A stretch of 64,000 bases of DNA, taken from assembly GCA_050273025.1 (NCBI GenBank), contig CP158635.1:6634001-6698000 (forward strand), given 5' to 3'. Each line of letters opens with the position of its first letter. The first letter of the stretch is position 1. Shown here piece by piece: positions 50,101 to 62,700 of the stretch. The notes under the pieces were generated by a model, which was not told the origin of the DNA, did no database searches, and saw only the letters and a list, made by a program, of their open reading frames with translations. Both the position numbers and the translations under genes were made by a program. This DNA is from Cenococcum geophilum (lineage: Eukaryota).

Positions 50101-53062
50101 AACTAATAATAAGTAAGAAGGAAATATATAAGTAGTCACGACCTTAAAGACAAGAGATAATATAAAGACACGAGAAACCAGTTAAAGAATACCCTAAAGA
50201 AAAAAGTAAGGAATAACTAGAGATGGTTTATAAACGAGCATACTTTTAATTTAAGCCTCCCCTATAATAAGGGCCTTTAGGCTATAGTAAAATAGGTAAA
50301 GAAAAAGGTAGGGCGCTTAGTAGAAGACCTATACCTACCACCCCTATAAAGAGTAGGGGAATTATAGGCTACTAATAATAATAATAAGAAGGCAAAGATT
50401 CTTATAGAAAGGTTTTTCCCCTAACCAGCTCTAGTAGACCTTAGCGATATTATGGGTAAAACACCAGTAACTTACCTAAGGGTTAATAGTAATATAATAA
50501 TAGAGGAAATGGCCAGAACTATTAGCCGCCTTTTAAATAATATAGTACTAGGACTAGATAGGATTCTAAATAAGGCCTTAAAAACCTATAGACTACTTAT
50601 AGCACCTTAGCTTACAGATATAGCTAGGGTATACTTTACCGTAGGCTACTACCCACGACTTAAAAGATTTATAATAACGGTTATTCTACGGAAAGAAGGT
50701 AAAGTAGATTACTTAATTCTAGGAAGCTACCGCCCTATTACCTTAGAAAATACCCTTAGTAAGATTTTAGAAAAGGTAATAACGGACTATATAGCAGATA
50801 TAGCTAAGGAATACGACTTACTACTATAAAGCTAAATAGGGGCAAGAAAGAACCGCTTAACACTATTAGTACTTACGCTACTCGCTACTACTATTAAATC
50901 CATATGGGCAATGCGAAGGGACTTTATAGTATTAATGCTTAGCCTAGATATTAGTGGCGCCTATAATAACGTACCCTATAAGCGTCTCCTATATATCCTT
51001 AGGGTAAAAGGCTTCCTAGAATAAATTATATAATTTATTTAAGGGTTTATAGATTAAAAAGAAATATTACTAGTCTTTAGCGGATACTAGAGCCCCCCTA
51101 TTATAGTTATAACAGGAATACTATAAGAATTACCCCTCTTACCTATACTCTTCCTTTTCTTTATAAGTAACCTACTTAACTCCTTTAAGGAAGGGGCGAC
51201 CTAGGGGATAGGCTTTATTAATAATATAAACCTAATTATATATGGGCTAATAGCTATAGAGAATTATAGAATACTAAAGAAAGCTTATAATACCTATATA
51301 GAATAGGTAAGACGATATAGAGTCTAATTCTTACTAGAGAAATACCAGCTAATCCACTTTATAAGAAAACGTAACTAATCTGCAGATCTCTAGTATATAA
51401 TTTATATTTAAGGCTTTAGGGGTTAACTAGTTTAGGGCCTAAGGGTATTAGGAGTATAGGTAGATAGTAAGCTCTGGTAGAGTGTATATACGGTATAAGC
51501 GGCCTATAAGGGTTAAGTATAGTATATTATATTATCTAGGATCGTTAATTCTATATAGGGTCTATACTTTTAGAGGTTACGCCTATTATATATAGCAGTT
51601 GTCCGGCTAACTATAACGTATAGGTCCAGTATTTAGGCCATTAGAGAATCTAAGAAAGGCCCCCCTAAATCGCTCCTTAAACCACTCTAAAAGGTCTAAA
51701 TAGCCTACCTTTAGAGTATAATAGGCGGATATAAGCGAACGGCTATAGTACTGCTTAAAAAGGAAGCTAATATTCCCCCCCTATAACTATATATTAAAGC
51801 CACTATAATATAAAGGGCGTAAAATAAATATAACTCTAATGTTATAAAGTATATTAAGATACGCCTAAATAAACTATAGAGGGACCCTAGGGCGCCCTAT
51901 AGGAGAATAAACTAATAACCCTAAAGTAGGGAAGATATATTAGAGAAACAGGTAAAGAAAATAAAAGAAAAATGGTGCTGCTTTAGGGCTTAGGCCTATA
52001 TAAAGGAGGAAGGGAGACGTGTAAGAGGCTAGTAAAGATAATAGTAAGAAAGAGAAAGGAGCTAAAGTAAAGCATAAAAGAACGCTAGAAAACTATCTAC
52101 TATAATATAATACTGGCTAAACTAATACTAAAGAGGTATATAGGAGTTAAAGGTATAAAGGCTAACTAAGGCAAAAGGAACCTAAATCGTAGTATGGTTA
52201 ACGCTATAGGGGGTAAATACTCTAGGGCTCTAAGAAGGCCTAATAAAGGCAGAAAATATAATAGTAATACTCTTAAGAATAGGAATAATAGGACTAAAAG
52301 ACTGGCTCTACTAGGTGGGTGTTCTAGTAGGTAGCCTAAGATATAAATATAGCTAGCTAAGATAGACACTAAAATATATAATACTGTTATACCTCTTATA
52401 TATTAACTAAAAAGTAATGCTTTTAGTAGCTAGCATAGAGAACTATAATACACTGCTCTTAATATAAAAAGGCCTTAAGGCGGTTACCTAGTGGCTTATT
52501 AGCTAAAATATACTAAACTAGTTCTGGGTTATAAAGGAAATAGTAATAAAGGGCGGGGGGGGTGAGTAACGGGCGCCCCCTAATGACTCTATAGTGGTAG
52601 AGTAAAGTTTGCGATACTAGCGCGTCCGTAGGCTTGTTACGGCAGTAGTAGTTCCTAAGGAGGTTAAAAAGTAAGGTAGTAGAGCACCATAGGTGACTCG
52701 CAGGCGCCTCGTAGGCGCCTTGTAGGCGAGTCCTAAAAGGCGGGGAGATGGATCACGGGGTTTTCTCAAATAGAGTTTTCTCCCCACATGTATATAAGGA
52801 GTAGTCCGCGTGGGCCCAATAGGGATCCGAATCGGACGTTAAGCAATGAATAATAATAAATTAAAAACCCAATAAGAAAAAAATTATTATATATAGTATT
52901 AGGCAAGTGAATTAATCTTTAAAGTTTGCGCGTCTTAATATACGCCGGATACACTCTAGTATAAGCTATATAGGCTGTAAAATACGCACCTATGCTTGCG
53001 CGTACGTCAATTTCAAAACTTCCTAATTAGAAAGGCGCAAGAACTTTTGTTAGGGACCTCCG
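47166..53062. mobile_element. Tc1/mariner-type MITE (~310 bp of own sequence) split by LINE copy 2
   Basis: ~47-bp imperfect TIRs cggaggtccctaacaaaagt...attaggaagttt at both ends; TA TSD. Confidence 0.88.
47286..52855 (+). mobile_element. Full-length Tad-like LINE, copy 2 (RIP-inactivated)
   Basis: 16-bp TSD ataaattaaaaaccca (47270-47285, 52856-52871). Colinear with 10482-16071, differing mostly by C/T and G/A transitions; short (TAA)n tail. Confidence 0.95.
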
Positions 53063-53373
53063 TAGATATACGCGTTGTTTTGAAAAAGGCGTTCCGCACG
53101 GACCACTTACTTTGATATGGAGCGTCTGATTTATGAGATAAGCTTAAGGTTTGAACTCGTCATAGACACCGCCCGATATCAATACTTAAACCCCGCTAAC
53201 TCCCCTTCACAATATCTCTACTTAATCATCATATTCTCCCACGGATTAAAATCAATTCCATATACTCAGGAGAAAACATATTCTCCAGCCTCTGTTCTGA
53301 TATTGGTAGAGACGTCCGACTATGAAAACGATAGGATCTTTACCAACAGGACGTGGATATTCGAAAACCCAAT

Positions 53374-55046
53374 ATGGATGAAGAACTGAATATTTTAGAG
53401 GTATCTAAATTCTCACTCCTATACACGCACAGCGCGGCTGCTGACTGGTATAGAGGGAATATTGCCCTCCTGTTGACCCTGCCCTAGTATATGCGATATT
53501 TCTCGATTTTGACCCTGATGAGCAAGACCGGTTGCAGCGTGCTCGAGAGCTCCTCGACCCCATAAAACAGAGCGCGGTTGAAGAACAATATACAGAATTT
53601 GATCCTTCGGCGAGCAGTGGACAGGCAGCGCGTTTCAGCCCAGGGAAGAGCAACGGCTCATATGAAGAAGAGTCTAGGACTGAGACCGCCTCGCAATCAG
53701 CAGCTACGGATCTTACTAATTTATCTAATGATATTTCTATACTTAGCTTGAACAATAAATCTGCCTCCATATCGGAGGATTCATCAGAAAGAGGCGGATA
53801 CCTGAATGACATTGAGCAGCTTGATTTTGCGACTAAAGAGTTCAGGCTTGTGGAAACATTCCCCACACTTAGGCCAGCACTGGTTTCATTCACACTCAAA
53901 AAATGCGGCGGAAATTTCGGCAAGGCGACGGACGAACTGCTGAACCATGTGTACTTTGCAGACTCTGTAGATAATCCCGGGACTGAGCAGGCTGTCGCAA
54001 AAGGTATAGATGCCTTTTTCGAAGAACGTACAGTTGCTTGGAGTGGGCGCAAAGGGAAATCTAAGAAGAAACGAAATTTAGACATCCAAAACGCAAGATC
54101 AATATCTCTGCCAGCGACATCGTCAGCACAGCAAACAAATCGATGGCATGATGCGAGTAGGGATGTGGACTTGATTTCCTCCCTAACAAACCAATCCCAA
54201 AGAAATATCGCTTCTTTATACCACGGAAATGGTGCCTCGACCTCCGCGACCATTATGGCTATGTTAGAAGCCGATATTAAGGCTAATGGGCATATCAAAG
54301 GAGATAATTCTGTCGTTCTCCGGAATGCCATCGACCTGATCTCCGACTTCCCCTCGCTCGAGCTCCCGCACGCGCTTGCTCTTATTCGCCTCACTCATCC
54401 ATCCACTGCCTCAGCACACAAGCTTGCTAAAGCACTGGTGGCCCAACCAAACATAAAATCCGCAGGGAAAATTGAAGTAATTCCTCGTTACGCGCCTATC
54501 AATCTTTCAGAGCCTTCGCCATTATCCTCAAGACCTAGTTCAGCTACACCGCTGCTAGCAGTTCCACATACGATCTTAGCTCTCAGCGCCGCGAGATCTA
54601 CGGCTTTCACCCAAGCCTCGGCCGCGTACCGCAAGGGCAAATCGGAACCTCTCATGAAAGCAGTCGCTGGCCACTATTCTCAATTAGGCCGCGACTACGA
54701 TGCGGCATTGAAGGCCGCCAGTTCCGCTGATGCCGACGCTCTCGTGTCGTCTCAATCAACGCCTACACAACTGGACTTGCACGGGGTTAGCGTCAAGGAT
54801 GCGACTCGGATCGCAAGAGAGCGCGTCACTGCGTGGTGGCATGGGCTTGGTGAAGGGAGTATTGATCTTAGGGGGTATAGTGAAATGGGGGAGGGCTACA
54901 GGATCGTGACTGGCTTGGGACGGCATAGTGAGCATGGAATTAGCAGGCTGGGTCCTGCGGTTGCGAGGATGCTTGTAAGAGAGGGGTGGAAGGTAGAGGT
55001 GGGGAGTGGAATACTAGTCGTAAGTGGTGTAGCGAAGAGAACGTAG
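53374..55046 (+). CDS. Smr-domain protein with CUE-like domain (Cue2/N4BP2-like putative endonuclease)
   Basis: Exon 53374-53400 (MDEELNILE), intron 53401-53453, then REYCPPVDPAL... in frame with the 504-aa ORF. CUE-like ETFPTL...ATDELL and Smr motifs LDLHGVSV and IVTGLGRHS. Confidence 0.88.
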
Positions 55047-55535
55047 TTAATGCTGAGGCCAATGGAATGGTAATTGGGGTTTAATGATGGTTTGGAATTT
55101 GTGGTATCTTGGGGATCAGCTAAATGACGCATTGTGGCAGCATTTGGCGGCGCATACGTTGGATATTTGGACGAGCTTGATAGGATACTAGATTCACATC
55201 TCAAGCATAGGTGTTAGAAGATTGCGATGACATGTTTAGTACCATGTTTGGACAGCCTCCCACAGTCCGGAAATTCCAGACATTAAATACACCGGTATCT
55301 GTAATAAACAGCGGGAATATTGTTTGCTAGAGTTTTCACGACAGCAACGCAAAACTCTGTCTGCCTTTTCGGCGTCTTATGAAGTTCCACCCCTGCATAG
55401 AAGGCCCGCAATACTTCAAACAGCACTGGCGTTGTTGTGTCAGGAGAAGTCCTCATGGGTCAAGCGAAGAATTATTTCAGGAGTCGCATGACCCCCTCTG
55501 GCAAATTTTTATTTCGCTACGGTACGTGGGCTGTA

Positions 55536-55774
55536 CAGCGTAGAAATAAGCGGCCGATATTGGCACGTGCGTAACCACCAAAAATCGACGATTGTTTGAG
55601 GAGGAGATGGACTAGAAGATAATTTAGAATATATACAAGTACTATATAAAGCGTCTACACGATTATAAAAGACGTAATGGGCAAATGACAAAGTATTAGG
55701 GTAGTAATATATCTTCAAAAATCGATTTTTGGTGGTTGCGCATGTGCCAATATCGGCCGCTTATTTCTACGCTG
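55536..55774. mobile_element. Tc1/mariner-type MITE, 239 bp
   Basis: ~53-bp near-perfect TIRs cagcgtagaaataagcggccgatattggcac...ccaccaaaaatcga; TA TSD inside the palindromic target ctgTAcag. Confidence 0.92.
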
Positions 55775-56772
55775 TACAGGTGGGCTCGCTCAATCGCCAC
55801 CAACTAACTGTATATAGTAATTGTAGCGAACGCCCATGGCACGCACGAGCTATTTTGGTTCCCCTGGAGATTTATTCTGGTTGACCAGGGGAATCAAATC
55901 GAAACAATTTAGAACTTGACGTACGCTTCTTCTTTCTTTCTCTTTTGCCTACGCCTGCGCCAAAACGCGAATACAACTGTCTGTCTCTACAGTGGCCGAT
56001 GAAGTTTGGCAATGTCGTAGGGATGGAAACCTCACGATATTTGACAAAAATCGCAACACTATGGAGACTGAGAGGAAGTTTTTGCAGCCAAGCATGGGCG
56101 TTCGCTACGTACCGAATGCGAAACCTGCATCCAGTCTCGCTTGTAATTGAAGCGAACGGTTGAGGCTACGCGCGAGGACCTTTTTGGTTGCCCTGGAGAA
56201 TCGCCTTGGTTGCCCTGGAGATTCGCAGTTGGCCAGGAGAACCAAATTGAAGGCCGCAAAAACGCGAATATAACGCTGTCTCTTCAATTGGAACGGCATT
56301 TCTTATCAACATACCCCCAAGCTACAATTGTACTTTGCTACAATTATTATTTGTGCGACATTGCATTTGCACTTGTGGGATACACGACACTGAACCAGGC
56401 TGAAGCTACCCTGCTGAGCTGTTCAAGCATCAACCAAACTCCATTACTGTGAACGGTATATTCGCTACGATACGCAGAGGACAGCATCGCGATTAAAGAT
56501 TCGGGTAGTTTTATTGTGGGTGCAGTTTACTGGAAGCTTTATACATACTTACTGACATCTTAGTATAGCTTAAATCAAGCTTCCTTACCTCGGGCTTCTT
56601 CATACCAAGCTTCCCAGTTCTCCAAACCCTCACGAACCTTCATCAACCTAACTACGCAAATCCTCTCAGAGTATCCTCAAATCAGAATATCCTCAGACTG
56701 CTCCACATATAATTCCGGCTGAATAGAGCTCCTATTCGCGGCAGTGACAACCACAACCACAACCACTCCACC

Positions 56773-56922
56773 ATGAAGCGCAACATTGTCATCTTCCTGA
56801 TCATTCTGATCCTCTTCATCTTGATTGCCCTAATCGCCTACATAATCTACTACCTACAAACACGCATGGCCGTCGGCGGTGGGGCGCCGAGCAGCGCCAT
56901 GAGCGATGTCACAGAGGGGTAA
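56773..56922 (+). CDS. Putative 49-aa single-pass membrane microprotein
   Basis: ccaccATG context. Sequence MKRNIVIFLIILILFILIALIAYIIYYLQTRMAVGGGAPSSAMSDVTEG*, with many C-ending codons. A candidate 5'UTR intron lies at ~56456-56563. Below the ORF-track size cutoff. Confidence 0.65.
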   Translation: MKRNIVIFLIILILFILIALIAYIIYYLQTRMAVGGGAPSSAMSDVTEG

Positions 56923-57308
56923 ATACGCCCAGTCACCCTGGTTAAAAAAAAAAGGAAAGAAAGAGAAGGAGCTATGGCGGTGCGTTGATGAATTGAAGTA
57001 CGCTTGATTGCGTAATGATGATATGACTGCCGAAATCTACTACATACGGGTTTATGGATAATAGGTTGAAATGGCATAGCATAATTGACGTTTGGGATTG
57101 GGTTTTGCTGGGCTATTATTTTCTTCTTGAGCGACGTTTAGCGATGCTAGATGTGAATTAAATACCCTGCTACTAGATGCGGACGGCTATATATATGTAG
57201 ACAATACATGGAATTCTTAACCATAACAATCCAAATCATATGCTTCACTGTACTTGCTCGGCGAGAAGAGCAGAAAGGAGAGGGTTCGTAAATTTCAAAT
57301 GTTAAATA

Positions 57309-57495
57309 TTATTGTTCATTCATTGCTTAACGTCTGATCCGGATCCCTAGCGCGGGCCCACGCAGACTACTCCGTACACGTAGGGAGTAATATTGACAGG
57401 AAAAACCCCTGGTATATTGGGGGGAGAAAAGCCCTATGAGCCACCTCAGTAGGGTAAAACCCCGTTGACCATTTCCGCACGTAGCTGCAGCCTCA
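57309..57495 (-). mobile_element. 3' tail fragment of a LINE/SINE-like element
   Basis: Aligns by eye with 23353-~23545 (gcccacgcagactactccgt; aaaa.ccctatgagccacctcagtagg) and with the LINE 3' ends. Confidence 0.8.
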
Positions 57496-57591
57496 AATTT
57501 TAAATAGTAAACATAAATTCAGAACAGTACTCAAATACATTCTGCACCAGGCTAATGCTCATTTTACCACCTATAGGTGATAGATTTTGTT

Positions 57592-57960
57592 ATAAGCTCG
57601 GACCCCTAGAGCTCGGCCACCTCCTAAAGTCGGTGTTAGGGACGTAGGAGGCTTGTATTGAGGTTGATCTACGTATGAGAGACGTTGTATATATAGAACT
57701 AGTAGGTGCAGGCGCATGATTGAGGTTGTGGGGGTAATAACTAAGTATATAAATAGGGTAAATAGGTTGTAAGTAGAAAGAAGAGGTAGAACTGTAATAC
57801 TATCTCCCGTTCTGCCCAATACCGGTATATGACTTGTTCCGGATTATTTCTGCCTTAATACGGAACAATGTCGTGTATCGCTTTGGGAGTGTGTGGTGTG
57901 ATCGATCGGGTTAGGTGGCCGAATTCAGGGGGTGGCCAGGCTCTAGGGGGCCGAGCTTAT
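57592..57960. mobile_element. MITE-like element with ~42-bp imperfect inverted repeats (pogo/Fot1-like)
   Basis: ataagctcggacccctagagctcggccacctcctaaagtcgg versus the reverse complement of 57918-57960, ataagctcggccccctagagcctggccaccccctgaattcgg. Exact termini and TSD unclear. Confidence 0.6.
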
Positions 57961-58297
57961 GTGGTAAAGCGCTAAATGCTCAATGTTCAGTTGAGTTAAA
58001 TACAATTTGAGAAGCAGAAGCATGGATTCCAAGGCTCTAAGCAACCCTGGAGGTTTGACGCCTAGCACACCAGAATAAATATGCCAATCGAGTTCGTGGC
58101 TCAAAATTCCACCCACGCCATGACTTTCAAAAACCAGAACAGAGATACCTAGTGCTTGGAGTCTGAAATCTCAGGCATAAGCCAACCGAAAAAATACTAT
58201 ATCTGAGAGTAGTTGGGGAATGCTCCTGCCTCTGAGTAGGTGTTGATGTGTCATTACTCTAAGATGAAGCGGGATAAGGGTGTCGGAACAAAGGACT

Positions 58298-59353
58298 TCA
58301 TTCGTCCTCAGCATCGCCATTGGGCTCTTCGCCTGTTTTGAATACGCTAGAAGAGGTTAGAATAAATTTTCTGTTAACGCAGTTTTATATGGTGCTTACA
58401 GATGTTGTTCGTAATACCGAAGCATCTATGTAATATTGTTAGCTCCATTCCAAAGGATTTGAGATTTCAGCAAAGCAACATGCCTTTTGTGGGCATTTGT
58501 TGTTTATCACCCTCAGAGGATGCTGGGACTTCCTCCCATTATTCCACACCACGTAACCGTAGAGAACCTTCTCGCCAGTTTTATAATCAGGTATTTCCTC
58601 CACGGTATCGATGGACATAACGTGGTCCTCCCATGAGCCTGCTGGGGGTTCCCATTCTTTCGTTTTCTTAGCCTTCTTGCCAGCTGCTGAAGCTGGGGTT
58701 CCCGAATCTTCATCCTCGCCCCTTATCTTCTTCCGCCCCCTGCCTGTGCCCTTAGGCTCACTTGGTGTGCCGGTTGATTGCTTCCTTTTCCGCTCCTTCT
58801 TTTGTGGAGGTTTTGGACGTCCGCCGATCTTTTTGAAGTATTCTTCTAATAAGTCAGAGGCGCCAGATCTGCCATTTTCTCTCAGTTTCTAGCGATTGTA
58901 ACGAATGCGCTGAGCGCGTCTGGATGGCTTACAGATTACTTTCCGGCTCCCACGTTCGGTCTTCTTTCTTTTCGTAACCTAACCACTTGACTTCATATTT
59001 GCAAATTCCCTAAAGTGTATTAGTAGTGTGTACAGAATTAAAAAGCTGAGGACAGCTCACTTCGGCATCGAATGCGTGACTCAGAATCTTCTCAACGACA
59101 TATCTTCAAGTCTACATCAGCTGTTTTTCTTTTGCAATGTTTCAAGTGCGCGTACTCCTCTCCGCCATCGCCTTCGTCCTCCTCTTCATCATTCTTGTCC
59201 GCGCTTTCGTCCTTGTTTTGTTCAGGCTTATTGCGGAAGGGAATCTCGTCCTCAGAGGCTGAGACCTCATCATCGCTAATTGCGGCTATGATGCGATACA
59301 TAAGCAAAATATTTTGGGCCGATAGCTCGACGCGGGAGGCACCTACGAGGCAT
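58298..59353 (-). CDS. HP1: Heterochromatin protein 1 (chromodomain + chromo shadow domain)
   Basis: Spliced product MPPAISDDE...acidic stretch...YVVEKILSH...YEVKWLGYEKKEDRTWEPESNL...basic hinge...PPAGSWEDHV...GYVVWNNGRKSQHPL...KCPQKMLRYYEQHLVFK...DE*. Confidence 0.92.
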
Positions 59354-59739
59354 GTTTTGCCTAGAGTTTGACTTGACGCGCTGGATGAGGCGAATGAGAA
59401 GCTATGACAATCACGAATAATGTGATAAAGTCGCAGCAGCTCAATTGACAGTGCGCCCAAATGATAGTAGCCAGCTACAGAGGTTGGTATAGCTGTGGTG
59501 TTTGTATGTTGATGAATGTGGAGATGGTCGATGTCGCGTAGATGAAGATCGCGAAGCTTGGCAAAGTTCACGTCTCCAGAATTTTGAGCAGAGCCGCAAC
59601 ACCACGGACGAACCCCACCACGCGTTTTGTAACCCACCTACTTGACTTTATTAGTTCACAACTATTTTCTTGTATTCTGAGTGTCTGAGAAACAGCTACG
59701 GAGTTTTAGGAAATCCCCAAGAAGCAGCCGGGCAGGAAG

Positions 59740-62700
59740 ATGGCAATGCGTATGTACTACGGGCTCCAAGAAAGCTTGAAAAGGCTTTTCTATTTTAGCA
59801 GACTCTTCCCAAGGCCCACAAGCTAATATTTGGCATCAACAGAACTTGATATGTCTAACGGTACCTTTTATCCTATCCAGCGCATCCGGAAAAACAACAC
59901 ACCACCAGTGACAGGCAACTAACATGGTCAATAACAGCGCAGGTGATGAAGGATGAGCAGGGACGGCCGTTCATTATAGTTAGAGAGTATGCACCTTAAG
60001 ATATCCTAGATTAGCTTTCGTGAGCGTCTAAACTGGTGCTAACTGAACTTATAGTCAGGGAAAGAAAAAGAGACAGCATGGCAATGAGGCAGTCAAGTCA
60101 CATATTTTAGCTGCCAGAACAGTCGCGAACATTGTTAAAACTTCTCTCGTATGACTTTCGCAGGTTATGACTTGGGGTCATGCTTATGAGTGGTAATAGG
60201 GCCCAAGAGGACTGGATAAGATTCTGATATCGCCCGATGGAGATATTACTGTAACGAATGACGGCGCTACAATTCTGTCACAAGTACGCATAGGCAGACC
60301 CAAGAGTTCTTTCAATCTCTGACAGAATCTACAGATGGAAATTTCAAATCATGTCGCCAAGTTATTAGTCGAACTCTCCAAATCCCAGGACGACGAGATA
60401 GGAGATGGCACAACCGGCGTAGTTGTCCTTGCCGGGGCACTTCTTGAACAAGCGGCAGACCTCATCGACAAGGGCATACATCCCATCAGGATAGCTGACG
60501 GATACGACCAAGCATGCGAGGTGGCCGTGGCAGAGTTAGACAAAATTAGCGACACCATACCGTTCTCGAAAGAACAGACATCGAACCTCTTCAAGGTTGC
60601 TAAGACTAGTTTAGGGAGCAAGATCGTCTCGAAGGCACACGATCAGTTTGCACAGATAGCTGTGGATGCTGTATTATCAGTCGCTGATTTAGAGCGAAAA
60701 GATGTCGACTTCGAATTGATCAAGGTGGATGGCAAAGTCGGAGGCTCGCTGGAAGACTCTCTGCTTGTTAAAGGCGTCATCGTGGATAAAGACTTCTCCC
60801 ATCCTCAGATGCCTTCCGAAGTGCGAGATGCAAAGCTGGCGATCCTCACATGCGCGTTTGAGCCTCCAAAGCCGAAAACGAAACACAAACTGGATATCAC
60901 TTCCGTCGAGGAATTCAAGCGCTTACAAAAGTACGAAGCTAACAAGTTCACCGAGATGATCCAGCAGATTAAGGACACCGGAGCGAACGTAGTGATATGC
61001 CAGTGGGGATTTGATGATGAGGCCAACCATCTTCTCCTTACCAACAAACTTCCGGCCGTACGGTGGGTTGGCGGACCAGAGATCGAGCTTATTGCCATTG
61101 CCACGAATGGTAGAATAGTACCCCGTTTTGAGGACCTGAGCTCTGAGAAGCTTGGGACTGCCGGTGTTGTTCGAGAGATGACCTTTGGCACGACCAGAGA
61201 CAAGATGCTTGTCATCGAGGAATGTGCTAATACACGAGCAGTCACCGTATTTGTCCGAGGAAGTAACAAGATGGTACGTGTCCTATCCTTAGGTTCCTAT
61301 CGGTGTTATAATACGGTTGATATTGGTTTGTGTTTTGATATTGCGCCTAGAACTAATTGGGAACCTTACTGACTAAACATGACTGGAAGATTATCGACGA
61401 GGCCAAACGTTCCCTGCACGACGCGCTCTGTGTCGTCCGAAACCTGGTCAAAGACAACCGCATAGTGTACGGGGGTGGTGCAGCTGAAATTGCCTGCTCA
61501 CTAGCAGTAGAGGATGCAGCCGTCAAGGTAAACATGGCGCCACCAAATTTAGGCAGAGTCAACATTGACCTGAAACCTGCATGTTTCTGACACATCCGCA
61601 GAGCCCTGGCCTCGAGCAATATGCTATGCGTGCTTTCGCCGATGCGTTGGACGCTGTGCCAATGGCACTGGCCGAGAACTCCGGGCTGAGCCCAATCGAG
61701 ACACTGGCCGCTATCAAGTCTCGACAAGTCAAAGAAAAGAACACACGCCTTGGGGTTGACTGCATGCAGACAGGCAGTAATGGTAATTCTATTTCCAATA
61801 TTCTCCTGTCCTTAACCCACGATCTCCATTTGACCTTGCCGATCCGTTCGAGAAACCCAAAGGCGTGCACCATCACATCTCGCATGCATGCAACATCGTT
61901 CGGCAATTGGTAGCAATCCCCATTTGTGGCTGGCCGCTGTCACTGCAGATAGTTGGTCCGGCTAGCTCGCCAAAAGCCCCTGCGGGCTCGAGATGCAGAT
62001 GCGATGTATGCATCCCCGGAAGCGGGGCGTTTTCACGGAACGCCATCCTCAGCCGCCCAGCCAAACCCCCACGTTTTATCTACGCATCGGCTCTTCAATC
62101 CCGTTTGCTATTTCTTTTTATCACACAAGACAACACCGAAAACACGCGTCCTCGCATCACCGAATGCCTGAAACAGATTATTGGACTACTGGCTGACAGC
62201 TCTGGCGTTCATTGGTAGATATGCGCGAACATTTTGTCATCGATCCCCTCATCTCCAAGCGACAACAATTGCTACTAGCAACGCAGCTATGCAGAATGGT
62301 CCTGAAGGTACGTCGGCGTTTGCTGCAACATTTTCCTTGCCTTGAACAACACCAACAACTTTTGTTGGGGTTCCCAATATCCCAAATAAATCCCCTTCGC
62401 ATGTCCCCAAAAAAGTAAAAGACCGAAACAATCGGCCGTCCCTTACATCCCTTTCCTCCCGTTCCCCTTTCAGCACCGGAAACACAACGCAAACGCCACG
62501 TACGTGGTACCCGCGCCCATGTGATCCCGCACCTCCACAATCCTCCACCTCAAGCCTTCTCATATTTCCCGTCTATTTCCTTACCTCATGCATTCGCACA
62601 TACTCGCCTATTAGCGAATGGCGGTGCGCACGCGCCCCTTCCCCGCTCCCTCCCGCCTTGCTGCTCGTATCGCACCCCGTGGCTTGCGCCATAGTTTGCG

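Noticed and set aside
53405..54394. 329-aa antisense ORF and other shadow ORFs over exgD, UFD4 and CCT5
   Set aside because: They overlap well-supported genes and carry no recognisable motifs.
57301..58002. One 686-bp retroelement bounded by an 8-bp direct repeat gttaaata
   Set aside because: A short AT-rich match may be chance, and the interior is better explained as a tail fragment plus a separate MITE.
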